Part shown: positions 19,128-27,050 of the stretch, one piece after another | How the letters are laid out: every line of letters starts with the position of its first letter | Numbering within the stretch: position 1 is the first letter of the stretch | Assembly (NCBI GenBank): GCA_016211945.1 | Contig: JACRHV010000006.1 | Span: 1-44,722, forward strand | Direction: 5' to 3' | Source of the DNA: Minisyncoccota bacterium | GTDB lineage: Bacteria; Patescibacteriota; Microgenomatia; UBA1400; UBA12028 | DNA length: 44,722 nucleotides | Made by a program: the position numbers and the translations under genes | The notes under the pieces: generated by a model | Databases searched by the model: none | What the model was told of the DNA's origin: nothing | Seen by the model: only the letters and a program-made list of their open reading frames with translations

Positions 19128-19418
19128 ATGACAAAGCAACAAGTATTTCTTTTCCTTGCAGGGATCGTTGTCGTGTTTGGAGGATACATACTTCTTCTCC
19201 AGAAGAAAAATGTTGTACCCCGCGCTCCTTCTTCAACTCAAACACTGTCTCCTGCACCTATGCAAGCAACTCCATCAACAACACAGATGGATAGTCCTTC
19301 ATATAAACTCGAAGGAACAACCGAAAGTGGTATGAGCGATAAGGATGATACAGCTGCGATACAAAAAGACTTGGACAGTACCGTCATTGACGAGAATTTC
19401 AGTGTGCTCGTTGAATGA
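19128..19418 (+). CDS. Small membrane-anchored hypothetical protein
   Basis: AGGAG RBS; N-terminal TM, Ser/Thr/Pro linker, acidic C-terminus. Confidence 0.65.
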   Translation: MTKQQVFLFLAGIVVVFGGYILLLQKKNVVPRAPSSTQTLSPAPMQATPSTTQMDSPSYKLEGTTESGMSDKDDTAAIQKDLDSTVIDENFSVLVE

Positions 19419-19432
19419 AAAGGCACGGTGTT

Positions 19433-21754
19433 TTACAGTTTGCACTTACTGTACGCGCAGTTCGGGCAGAGGTTGCACCCCTCTTGGTTTTGCATTACAG
19501 TTCCACATTCCGGACATTTTTCTTCATCTGTGGTAATGTCGACGACATCTCCATGTTTGATTTCCTGCCGAATAACGGTAGAAAAATCGTTACGATCGGC
19601 AAGCGGAGTTACTCTATGCTGGCTTTGCATGATCTGCACTGATTTTTTATCCTTTTTCTTATCACTTCCCTGAGACATCACTGAAAGCACCTGAACGCTC
19701 TTGGATCTGTCACGATAAATTGTGATTCCTTTTAGACCTAATTTCCAAGCCAAAATGTAGGCTCCTCGAATTTCCTCAACCGTAGCGTTTGACGGAAAGT
19801 TAATTGTTTTACTCACAGCATTGTCGGTGTGTTTTTGAAATGCGGCCTGCATACGAACGTGCCATTCCCATGAAATATCGTGCGCTGTAACAAAGATGCG
19901 CCGGAGTTCATGCGGAACACTATCGCTATGCTGCACACTTCCCGTTTGTGATACCTCAGCGATAATCGCGTTATACTCACCATTACTTCCAACATATTCT
20001 TTCAATGCATGCTCAAAGTGCGCGTTTACATATGTTAATCCTGATGTATCAACAACATTCTTGTTATAACTCAACGCGAAAATCGGCTCAATACCGCTAC
20101 TGCAATCCGCAGTCATAGAAATTGTTCCTGTTGGTGCGATTGTTGTGATTGCGACATTTCTAAATTTTCTTGGAGAATGTTTGTGTGTATAGCTATGGGT
20201 CACCGGGTCGTATCCACGGGCAAACCAACTCTCCTTCCATCGAGGAAACGATCCCTTTTCCCTTGCCAGTTGCTCCGATGAAATCCAGCTGTTTTCTTGC
20301 ACATGTCGCATCACTTTTTCCGCAAGCTTAACCCCTTCTTCCGAGTTGTATGGAATTCCAAGCTGCACAAGCATATCCGCCCATCCCATGACGCCCAGGC
20401 CTATGCGTCTATTTTTTTTCACCGTTTCTGTAATTTGAGGTAATGGATATTTACACGCGTCAATAACGTTATCTAACATACGTGTTGCAATACGTGCGAC
20501 TTCACCCAACCGTTCCCAATTCACAACACCTTTTCCCTTTGAGTCCATCTTCACAAACGCGGCGAGATTAATCGATCCCAAGTTACACGAGTCAAAACCA
20601 TGAAGGGGTTGTTCACCGCATGGATTTGTTGCATAAATAGGTCCGACGCTATCGCAGAGCGGGTTGTTGCGATTGATCGCATCCCAATAGATCATCCCCG
20701 GATCGCCCGTTCTCCATGCTAAAGAAACAATTTGATCCATAAGCAGTCGTGCAGAGATTTTTTGTATTGGCTCCATAGTGCGTGGATTGCGTAACGCAAA
20801 CTCCGTATCTTTTTCTACCGCTTTCATAAACTCATCTGTCGCACCAACGGAAATATTGAAGTTGCTGATTTCTCCCTCTTCACTTTTACACGTAATAAAC
20901 TCGAGAATATCGGGGTGCCAAGCGGCCAAAATTCCCATGTTCGCACCGCGTTGCTTTCCACCTTGCATAACCTGACGCGTCGCGATATCAAATACCTTCA
21001 TAAATGAAACCGGTCCTGTGGAAAAGCCGCCGGATGATTTGGTGACTGCATCACCGCGGGGACGAAGAGGAGTGAAATCAAAACCCGTACCGCCGCCCGT
21101 CCTATGGACAAGTGCGGTCCACTTTACTGCATCAAAAATGCCTTCCATGCTATCTTCTACTGGTAAGACGAAACAATTTGCGAGTTGATTTTGTGGTGTC
21201 CCAGCATTATTGAGTGTTCTTCCACCGGGCAAAAACTCAAATTTTGTCATGACTTCATAAAACACTTCTCCCCATTTTTTCTGAACTGCTTTTTTTTCTA
21301 CTCCCGCAAGTGTTCGCGCAACACGACGGAACATTTCTGCTGGAGTCTCTGTGGGTTTTCCCTGCTGATCATGAAGGAGATAGCGACGCTCAATAACTTT
21401 AAGTTGATTGATGGAAAGATTGAGGTCATTCTCAACACCAAGAACCGTTTCTGCTTTACGGATTTTTGCGTGTTCTGCTCGATACAAAATGTATGCTTTC
21501 GCGGTTGAAAAATGACCTGCTGCCATGAGAACTTGTTCAACGGTGTCCTGAATCTGTTCAACAGTAACAGGAGATTTTTTTACACCAACAACCTTTTCCA
21601 AAATTCCACGCACTATGCCAGCCAATCGTACCGCATCCTGCTCTCCAAACTCACGCGTCTGAACTCCCGCCTTCTCAATAGCAGTCCCTATTTTTTTCTC
21701 TTCAAATGAAACTTTTGATCCATCTCTCTTTACCACCGTCTTCAACGCAGTCAT
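19433..21754 (-). CDS. nrdJ: Class II (adenosylcobalamin-dependent) ribonucleotide reductase, paralogue 3, with ATP cone
   Basis: VVKRDG ATP cone; [39 protein letters not shown] (no class I YY pair); C-terminal CPEC..GC..CPNC.YSKC. Confidence 0.92.
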   Translation of the reverse strand: MTALKTVVKRDGSKVSFEEKKIGTAIEKAGVQTREFGEQDAVRLAGIVRGILEKVVGVKKSPVTVEQIQDTVEQVLMAAGHFSTAKAYILYRAEHAKIRKAETVLGVENDLNLSINQLKVIERRYLLHDQQGKPTETPAEMFRRVARTLAGVEKKAVQKKWGEVFYEVMTKFEFLPGGRTLNNAGTPQNQLANCFVLPVEDSMEGIFDAVKWTALVHRTGGGTGFDFTPLRPRGDAVTKSSGGFSTGPVSFMKVFDIATRQVMQGGKQRGANMGILAAWHPDILEFITCKSEEGEISNFNISVGATDEFMKAVEKDTEFALRNPRTMEPIQKISARLLMDQIVSLAWRTGDPGMIYWDAINRNNPLCDSVGPIYATNPCGEQPLHGFDSCNLGSINLAAFVKMDSKGKGVVNWERLGEVARIATRMLDNVIDACKYPLPQITETVKKNRRIGLGVMGWADMLVQLGIPYNSEEGVKLAEKVMRHVQENSWISSEQLAREKGSFPRWKESWFARGYDPVTHSYTHKHSPRKFRNVAITTIAPTGTISMTADCSSGIEPIFALSYNKNVVDTSGLTYVNAHFEHALKEYVGSNGEYNAIIAEVSQTGSVQHSDSVPHELRRIFVTAHDISWEWHVRMQAAFQKHTDNAVSKTINFPSNATVEEIRGAYILAWKLGLKGITIYRDRSKSVQVLSVMSQGSDKKKDKKSVQIMQSQHRVTPLADRNDFSTVIRQEIKHGDVVDITTDEEKCPECGTVMQNQEGCNLCPNCAYSKCKL

Positions 21755-22182
21755 TTCTTCTCCTTCTCTTGCTCCGGTTCATACAGTGGATGACCGCCTC
21801 GAGTTGCTGCTTTTATTTTGTAATAGGCCCGATCTTTTTCTTCCTGTGTCATGGTGGGGGAAAAAAGTGATTCTGGATATTTCTTCTCATTTTTTTCCAT
21901 TTTTCTCTCAAATGCTTGTGCGACATCGATTCCAAGTCGATCGCCCAAGTTCACGAGCCACCACAACACATCACTCATTTCTTCACTAATTGCGTCCTTA
22001 ATTTTTTGATTGTTCAGTACTTCATCACCAGTGAGCCACTGAAAATGCTCAAGAAGCTCGGACCCCTCAAGAATCAAGGAAAGTGCTATATCCTTAGGAT
22101 CCTCATTTGTCCATCCTCGCTTTTTTCGAAATATTCGAATAAGCTCTTTTATTTGTGAGAGTGATGTCGTCTGGTCATTCAT
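21751..22182 (-). CDS. MazG-like nucleotide pyrophosphohydrolase (dCTPase-like)
   Basis: RGW...PKDIALSLILEGSELLEHFQW...EEMSDVL...KMEKNEKKYP. Start ATG 22182; overlaps the nrdJ-3 start. Confidence 0.87.
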   Translation of the reverse strand: MNDQTTSLSQIKELIRIFRKKRGWTNEDPKDIALSLILEGSELLEHFQWLTGDEVLNNQKIKDAISEEMSDVLWWLVNLGDRLGIDVAQAFERKMEKNEKKYPESLFSPTMTQEEKDRAYYKIKAATRGGHPLYEPEQEKEKK

Positions 22183-22216
22183 TTGTTTTTCTCCCTCTGT
22201 GGCGCAGTGTCCCTTT

Positions 22217-22705
22217 TTACAACGTTTTTGCGTAATCATCAAGCATTGTTCTATGATCAAAAGCAACGTTTTCTGGTAATTGATGAAGTGGGAACCATTG
22301 GATATCGGTTGCTTCTTCCTCATTTGCCGTCAACACTCCTTGGTACGTTGCAATAAAACAATGTCCTATGTTCTGTCTTCCATCCAAATCTCTTGCGGGA
22401 TTATCGTAGAGTCTGAAGAACGTGATCGTGCTGACGTCCAAACCAGTCTCTTCTTTTACTTCCCTCTTGGCTGTTTGCTCCAACCGCTCTCCCCAATCAA
22501 CATATCCTCCAGGAAGTGACCACCACCCTTGTTGTGGCATCGCAGCGCGCCGAATAAATAAGACCTCTTTTCTTTCATTGAGCATGATCACCTCAACCGT
22601 ACTACACCGAACGTTATATCGAGCACAGGATGGACAAAACGTCCCAGTTGGAATCTTTCCATTTGGATACTTTGTCCATGTTATAGTGATTTGATCTTTA
22701 GTCAT
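22217..22705 (-). CDS. Nudix hydrolase (ADP-ribose pyrophosphatase-like)
   Basis: Nudix box GGYVDWGERLEQTAKREVKEETGL; AFDH; N-terminal CPSC. Confidence 0.92.
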   Translation of the reverse strand: MTKDQITITWTKYPNGKIPTGTFCPSCARYNVRCSTVEVIMLNERKEVLFIRRAAMPQQGWWSLPGGYVDWGERLEQTAKREVKEETGLDVSTITFFRLYDNPARDLDGRQNIGHCFIATYQGVLTANEEEATDIQWFPLHQLPENVAFDHRTMLDDYAKTL

Positions 22706-23609
22706 GCGTTCTCTCTTTCATTAATGCAACGTCAAGATAATCGAGAAAAACATGTTCGTTCATCTCAATCGCACCACTTAATTCTTGAAAAAGTGTGTCA
22801 CCAAAGTCGTATGAAAACTTTTCTTCTACAGCTCTACCATAAACAAAACCAAATACCCCCAGGCCCATACTTAATAAAAACAAGCTAACTCCTAGCCCCT
22901 CATCAATTGAAGTTAATCTTTCACTAAAAATGTTTACCAGCCATGTTGTTAATAACGTTGGAGTTAACGCCAGTGTTGTGATAAGTGCTCTTTTCTCAAA
23001 TATTTTTCTCCGATGTTCCAGTTCATGCGCAAGCGTCCAGGACATTTCAGATTTCAACGCACGAACAAGCTGTCTTTTTATAAATTCCTTTGCACGCGTC
23101 TGTTGTTCTTCCGCTGGAAGTGTATTTGAAAGAGTTCCTTGTTTTGAAGCCTTGAGATACTTTGATCTCCTCTTCATATTTCCTTTTAAAAGACTTCTAT
23201 GAAAATCTGTCCCTAATGTTTTCATTGCCATATATGGCCAATTTGTGGGAAAAAAAGGAGAGGTTACTACTTTTGTTACAAGATCATCTTCATTCATTTT
23301 CTCTTTTGTGAGATATCCATACACATAGCATAATGCTTTCATAAAACTTTGTTGATAAATAAGAATTCTCTTTTTTGATAGTTCATATCTTGCCAGACTC
23401 CCCGGGTCTTCTTCATTTGTAAGCACAACAGAAGAAAGTAGGTTCTCAGGAAAACCAGCCCGCAACAAAACTTCGCGCACTTTGTGCATATCAATTGAGA
23501 AAATTGCTTCTTGTGGAGACATTTTCTCCAACTGAAATGTAAAATCTTCGACTAATTCTGTGGGAACTTCTGCTGTATCAAGATTTTTATTTACCATATG
23601 TTGTTTCAT
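22698..23609 (-). CDS. Hypothetical protein with an HExxH motif and two C-terminal TM helices
   Basis: LAHELEH followed by two hydrophobic segments and EE; AT-rich; abuts the nrdJ-2 stop and overlaps the Nudix start. Confidence 0.65.
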   Translation of the reverse strand: MKQHMVNKNLDTAEVPTELVEDFTFQLEKMSPQEAIFSIDMHKVREVLLRAGFPENLLSSVVLTNEEDPGSLARYELSKKRILIYQQSFMKALCYVYGYLTKEKMNEDDLVTKVVTSPFFPTNWPYMAMKTLGTDFHRSLLKGNMKRRSKYLKASKQGTLSNTLPAEEQQTRAKEFIKRQLVRALKSEMSWTLAHELEHRRKIFEKRALITTLALTPTLLTTWLVNIFSERLTSIDEGLGVSLFLLSMGLGVFGFVYGRAVEEKFSYDFGDTLFQELSGAIEMNEHVFLDYLDVALMKERTHD

Positions 23610-26600
23610 TTACATCGTACACTTGCTCCACCCACAATCTGGACAGCTCACACACCCACTTTCATACTTCAATGAAGCCGCCGCACATTCCGGACACACG
23701 TGTTTTTCCCCACTCGCCGGCTTGTTCGAATGTGTGTGCGCATACTCTACTTCACTCTTTTTCATCTTGGAGACAGCATCTTTTGATAAGGCGCTTTCTT
23801 TGCCTGCAACATTCAATACCTGATCCACTTTGCTTCCATCTCGGTAAATCGTAATTCCTTTCAACCCCAATTTCCACCCCAAAAGATACGCTTTTTTCAC
23901 ATCCTCAATCGTTGCATTATTTGGAAAATTAATCGTTTTACTTACTGAATTATCGATCCATTTTTGCCAGGCAGCTTGTATACGTACATGCCATTCTGGT
24001 GAAATGGTATGCGTTGTCACAAACATACGTTTCTCTTCTCTTGAAAGTTCTTTAACACCATCCAAGTTACCATCGTGTACAACCTGCTTCATGATTTTTT
24101 CTCTAGTTTTTTCATCAAATTTTGACCGCAAAAATTCATCAAATATAGGATCTGCAATGGTAAACTCGCGTGTTGGAGCGTTTGCTGTACTGTCCTCATT
24201 AAAACTTCGCCGAACTTGCACTAAAGAAAATACCGGCTCTATACCAGAACTTGTGTTTGCAAACAATGAAATGGTGCCCGTGGGTGCAATCATCATCACC
24301 GCACAGTTTCGATATCGCTCGGATGTTCCAGCATATATGGAAACATCAAAATTTGGAAATGCGCCACGCTCCTTCCCAAGTTCGATCGATGCTTCCTCTG
24401 CTTTTTTCCGCATAAATTTTGCGATGCGTTCCGCGAGCCGCACGGCTTCCTCGGAATTATATGGTATTCGCATGCGGTACAACATGTGCGCATATCCCAT
24501 AACGCCGATGCCAATACGCCGGTTTCCCTCCTTTACCATCTGTCGAATTTCGTCCAGTGCATAGGTATTAACCTCGATCATGTCGTCTAAAAATCGCACG
24601 CCTAGTTTTACGGATTTCTCGAGGTCATCCCAATCAATCTCCCACTCGCCTTTCTTGTTTTTTATGAGATGACGATTGAGATCAATTGATGTTAAATTAC
24701 ATGATTCATAGGGCAATAATGGTATCTCTCCGCAGTTATGGACAACAAAGCCGTTGGCAATAAAAGAGTGTGTGTCAGGTTCGGTTACATCAAATACGGG
24801 TTCCTCTTCGCCTTCTGTAATCGAAAAAATTTGATCTTCAAACTTCTGTTTATAATATGTTTTTAAAAAGAGTTTATCTATTTTTTCATGATGAAGTGGT
24901 CCAATAAATCCGATTTGTCGAATAAATTCTTGCACTTGATCTTTAGATATCTCCAATTCCCACAAGACCCCATCACTCCCATACCTCACTTTAGTTCCAT
25001 TCGCTTTTGTGTATTCAGGAAAAATAGCAACACGCGCTTTCCTTGATCGATTATATATTTTACTAAAAATTCCAAAGTTAAGGAGTAAAGTCTGTACATC
25101 ACGTAAAAGCTCTTTTGACTTTGAGGTTAAACGAACATATGACGACTTATTTTTTACAAAATTTACAGTACCATCAGCACTAAATAGACCACGCAAAAAC
25201 CCTGAAACCGCTGCTTTATGCATTTTATAAATGCATTCGGGAACACGTTTGAATTCGGAGCGAACAGGAAGAACTCCCAGATCTACTAAGAAATGCGCAA
25301 ATATTTTATTATGCATCCATAATTGATTCGAACGATTATTTGGACTACGATTTGTGATATGAAGACCCCATCCAGAAAGACATTCCTCAAAATATTCTTG
25401 AATTTCTTGTCGTGATTTTCCAAAAGTCACATAGACATAATTATCTTTTGCGTCTGAACGTAATGATCCATCACCAACCAAATACCCTAGAAATTCTCCG
25501 AATCGTTCTGTAGAAACTTTTGGATATGAATCGGGATATTTTTGTGAAAATTCAATAAATGATTCAAGTTTTTTTTCCGCTGACCATAATCCTCTTCCCG
25601 ATTGAATAAGCATAGTATCTTTTAGATTTAAATCTTTTACCTCAATCCAGCCGCGCGTTGTCATAAATTTATGTTCTGCGGTCGCTCGAATAGTGAAGCC
25701 ATATACAGTTTTTATTTCATAAATTTTCTTCATTCCTGTGCATTGAAAATTGTGAGCTTTTCTTGATGAGACTCCATCTTTACTTTTCTCAGCAAGCCTT
25801 GAATCAATCGCCATCAAGACATGCTTTTCTCCATATTTCTTTACAACTTCATCAAACCGTAATAACCCATATTCTGTTGGAATTCGTGCATCACCGGTAA
25901 TACAAGGATTTGTTGCATTTAACACGCCCAAAGAAGGTGTGGGATTATCTTCTTGAAGTCGGTCCAAAAACGCAAGTCCAGGGTCACCTGTTGCCCATGC
26001 GTGTTCTGCAATCAAATCAAAGACCTCACGAGCTTTTACGGTTTTCCACACTTCTCCATTTCGCGGATTCATTAAATCCCACTCCTTATCCGCCTGTACC
26101 GCCTCCATAAATTCGTTTGAAACACCAACGGATATATTGAAATTTTTGATTGTGCCATCCTGATCTTTCAACGTAATAAACTCAACGATGTCCGGGTGGT
26201 CGGCATTCAAAATCGCGATGTTTGCTCCCTGTCGTTTCGCTCCCTGTAAAATTTGTGAGAGTGCTGCAGAATAGGCTTTCAAAAAATCAACGGGCCCTGA
26301 TGACGCCTTAGGTACATTCTTAACTTTGTCACCATGCGGCCGAATTTTCGAGAAATTAAATCCTGTTCCACCGTTGTTTTTATGAACAACAGCAGCATCG
26401 CCTAACGTTTTAAATATTTTTTGGATACTGTCATCGATAGGCAAAACAAAGCAACTTGACAACTGCCCTGTGCCTCCGGGATTCCCAGCCTCAAACATTG
26501 CTTTTCCCGCACAGACAAACTTGAGATTCACCATGCGTTCGTAAAATGCGCGTGCCGTCTCATCAACAATTCCATTCTCGCCCCATTGAATCTCCGCTTT

Positions 26601-27041
26601 TGCCATGTGTCGCGCAACGCGCCACAACATCTCGCCTGGAGTTTCGATCACAACTCCATTCATATCTGTGCGGAGATACCGCTTCTTAACAATTTCGAGT
26701 GCCGTGGGGCTAAGTTCTGGTTCCTGAACGTGAATAGCTTTATTGGCCTTCTGTTGCTTTTTTTCGCCATACAAAATGTAGTATTTTGCCGTCGCAAAAT
26801 ATCCCGCCTCGGCAATCGTAGGCTCTACAACATCCCGAATCTGTTGCACCGTCACTGCGTCATGCTGTGTGCGGACAGACGCAAGTTTTACCTCGACCTT
26901 ACGGACAATACGATCCGCATCTTTTTCCTCATACTCTCCAGTGTCTTTTCCTGCATGAATGATGGATGAAGAAATTTTTTCCATTGAAAACGGAACTTTT
27001 TTTCCATCACGCTTGATCACAAAAACAATAGATACACCCAT
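23610..27041 (-). CDS. nrdJ: Class II ribonucleotide reductase, paralogue 2, with ATP cone and intein
   Basis: VIKRDG ATP cone; QLSSCFVL; TNP[intein]CGEIPL; SCNLTSIDL; APTGT; KGITIYRDGSK; C-terminal CPEC..GC..CPDC.WSKC. Confidence 0.92.
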   Translation of the reverse strand: MGVSIVFVIKRDGKKVPFSMEKISSSIIHAGKDTGEYEEKDADRIVRKVEVKLASVRTQHDAVTVQQIRDVVEPTIAEAGYFATAKYYILYGEKKQQKANKAIHVQEPELSPTALEIVKKRYLRTDMNGVVIETPGEMLWRVARHMAKAEIQWGENGIVDETARAFYERMVNLKFVCAGKAMFEAGNPGGTGQLSSCFVLPIDDSIQKIFKTLGDAAVVHKNNGGTGFNFSKIRPHGDKVKNVPKASSGPVDFLKAYSAALSQILQGAKRQGANIAILNADHPDIVEFITLKDQDGTIKNFNISVGVSNEFMEAVQADKEWDLMNPRNGEVWKTVKAREVFDLIAEHAWATGDPGLAFLDRLQEDNPTPSLGVLNATNPCITGDARIPTEYGLLRFDEVVKKYGEKHVLMAIDSRLAEKSKDGVSSRKAHNFQCTGMKKIYEIKTVYGFTIRATAEHKFMTTRGWIEVKDLNLKDTMLIQSGRGLWSAEKKLESFIEFSQKYPDSYPKVSTERFGEFLGYLVGDGSLRSDAKDNYVYVTFGKSRQEIQEYFEECLSGWGLHITNRSPNNRSNQLWMHNKIFAHFLVDLGVLPVRSEFKRVPECIYKMHKAAVSGFLRGLFSADGTVNFVKNKSSYVRLTSKSKELLRDVQTLLLNFGIFSKIYNRSRKARVAIFPEYTKANGTKVRYGSDGVLWELEISKDQVQEFIRQIGFIGPLHHEKIDKLFLKTYYKQKFEDQIFSITEGEEEPVFDVTEPDTHSFIANGFVVHNCGEIPLLPYESCNLTSIDLNRHLIKNKKGEWEIDWDDLEKSVKLGVRFLDDMIEVNTYALDEIRQMVKEGNRRIGIGVMGYAHMLYRMRIPYNSEEAVRLAERIAKFMRKKAEEASIELGKERGAFPNFDVSIYAGTSERYRNCAVMMIAPTGTISLFANTSSGIEPVFSLVQVRRSFNEDSTANAPTREFTIADPIFDEFLRSKFDEKTREKIMKQVVHDGNLDGVKELSREEKRMFVTTHTISPEWHVRIQAAWQKWIDNSVSKTINFPNNATIEDVKKAYLLGWKLGLKGITIYRDGSKVDQVLNVAGKESALSKDAVSKMKKSEVEYAHTHSNKPASGEKHVCPECAAASLKYESGCVSCPDCGWSKCTM
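24735..25904 (-). mobile_element. 390-aa intein with LAGLIDADG homing endonuclease in nrdJ-2
   Basis: Block A CITGDARI, block B IRATAEHKF, LAGLIDADG motifs FLGYLVGDG and FLRGLFSADG, blocks F/G VFDVTEPDTHSFIANGFVVHN/C; in frame; AT-rich relative to the exteins. Confidence 0.95.
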
Positions 27042-27050
27042 CAAAACCCC

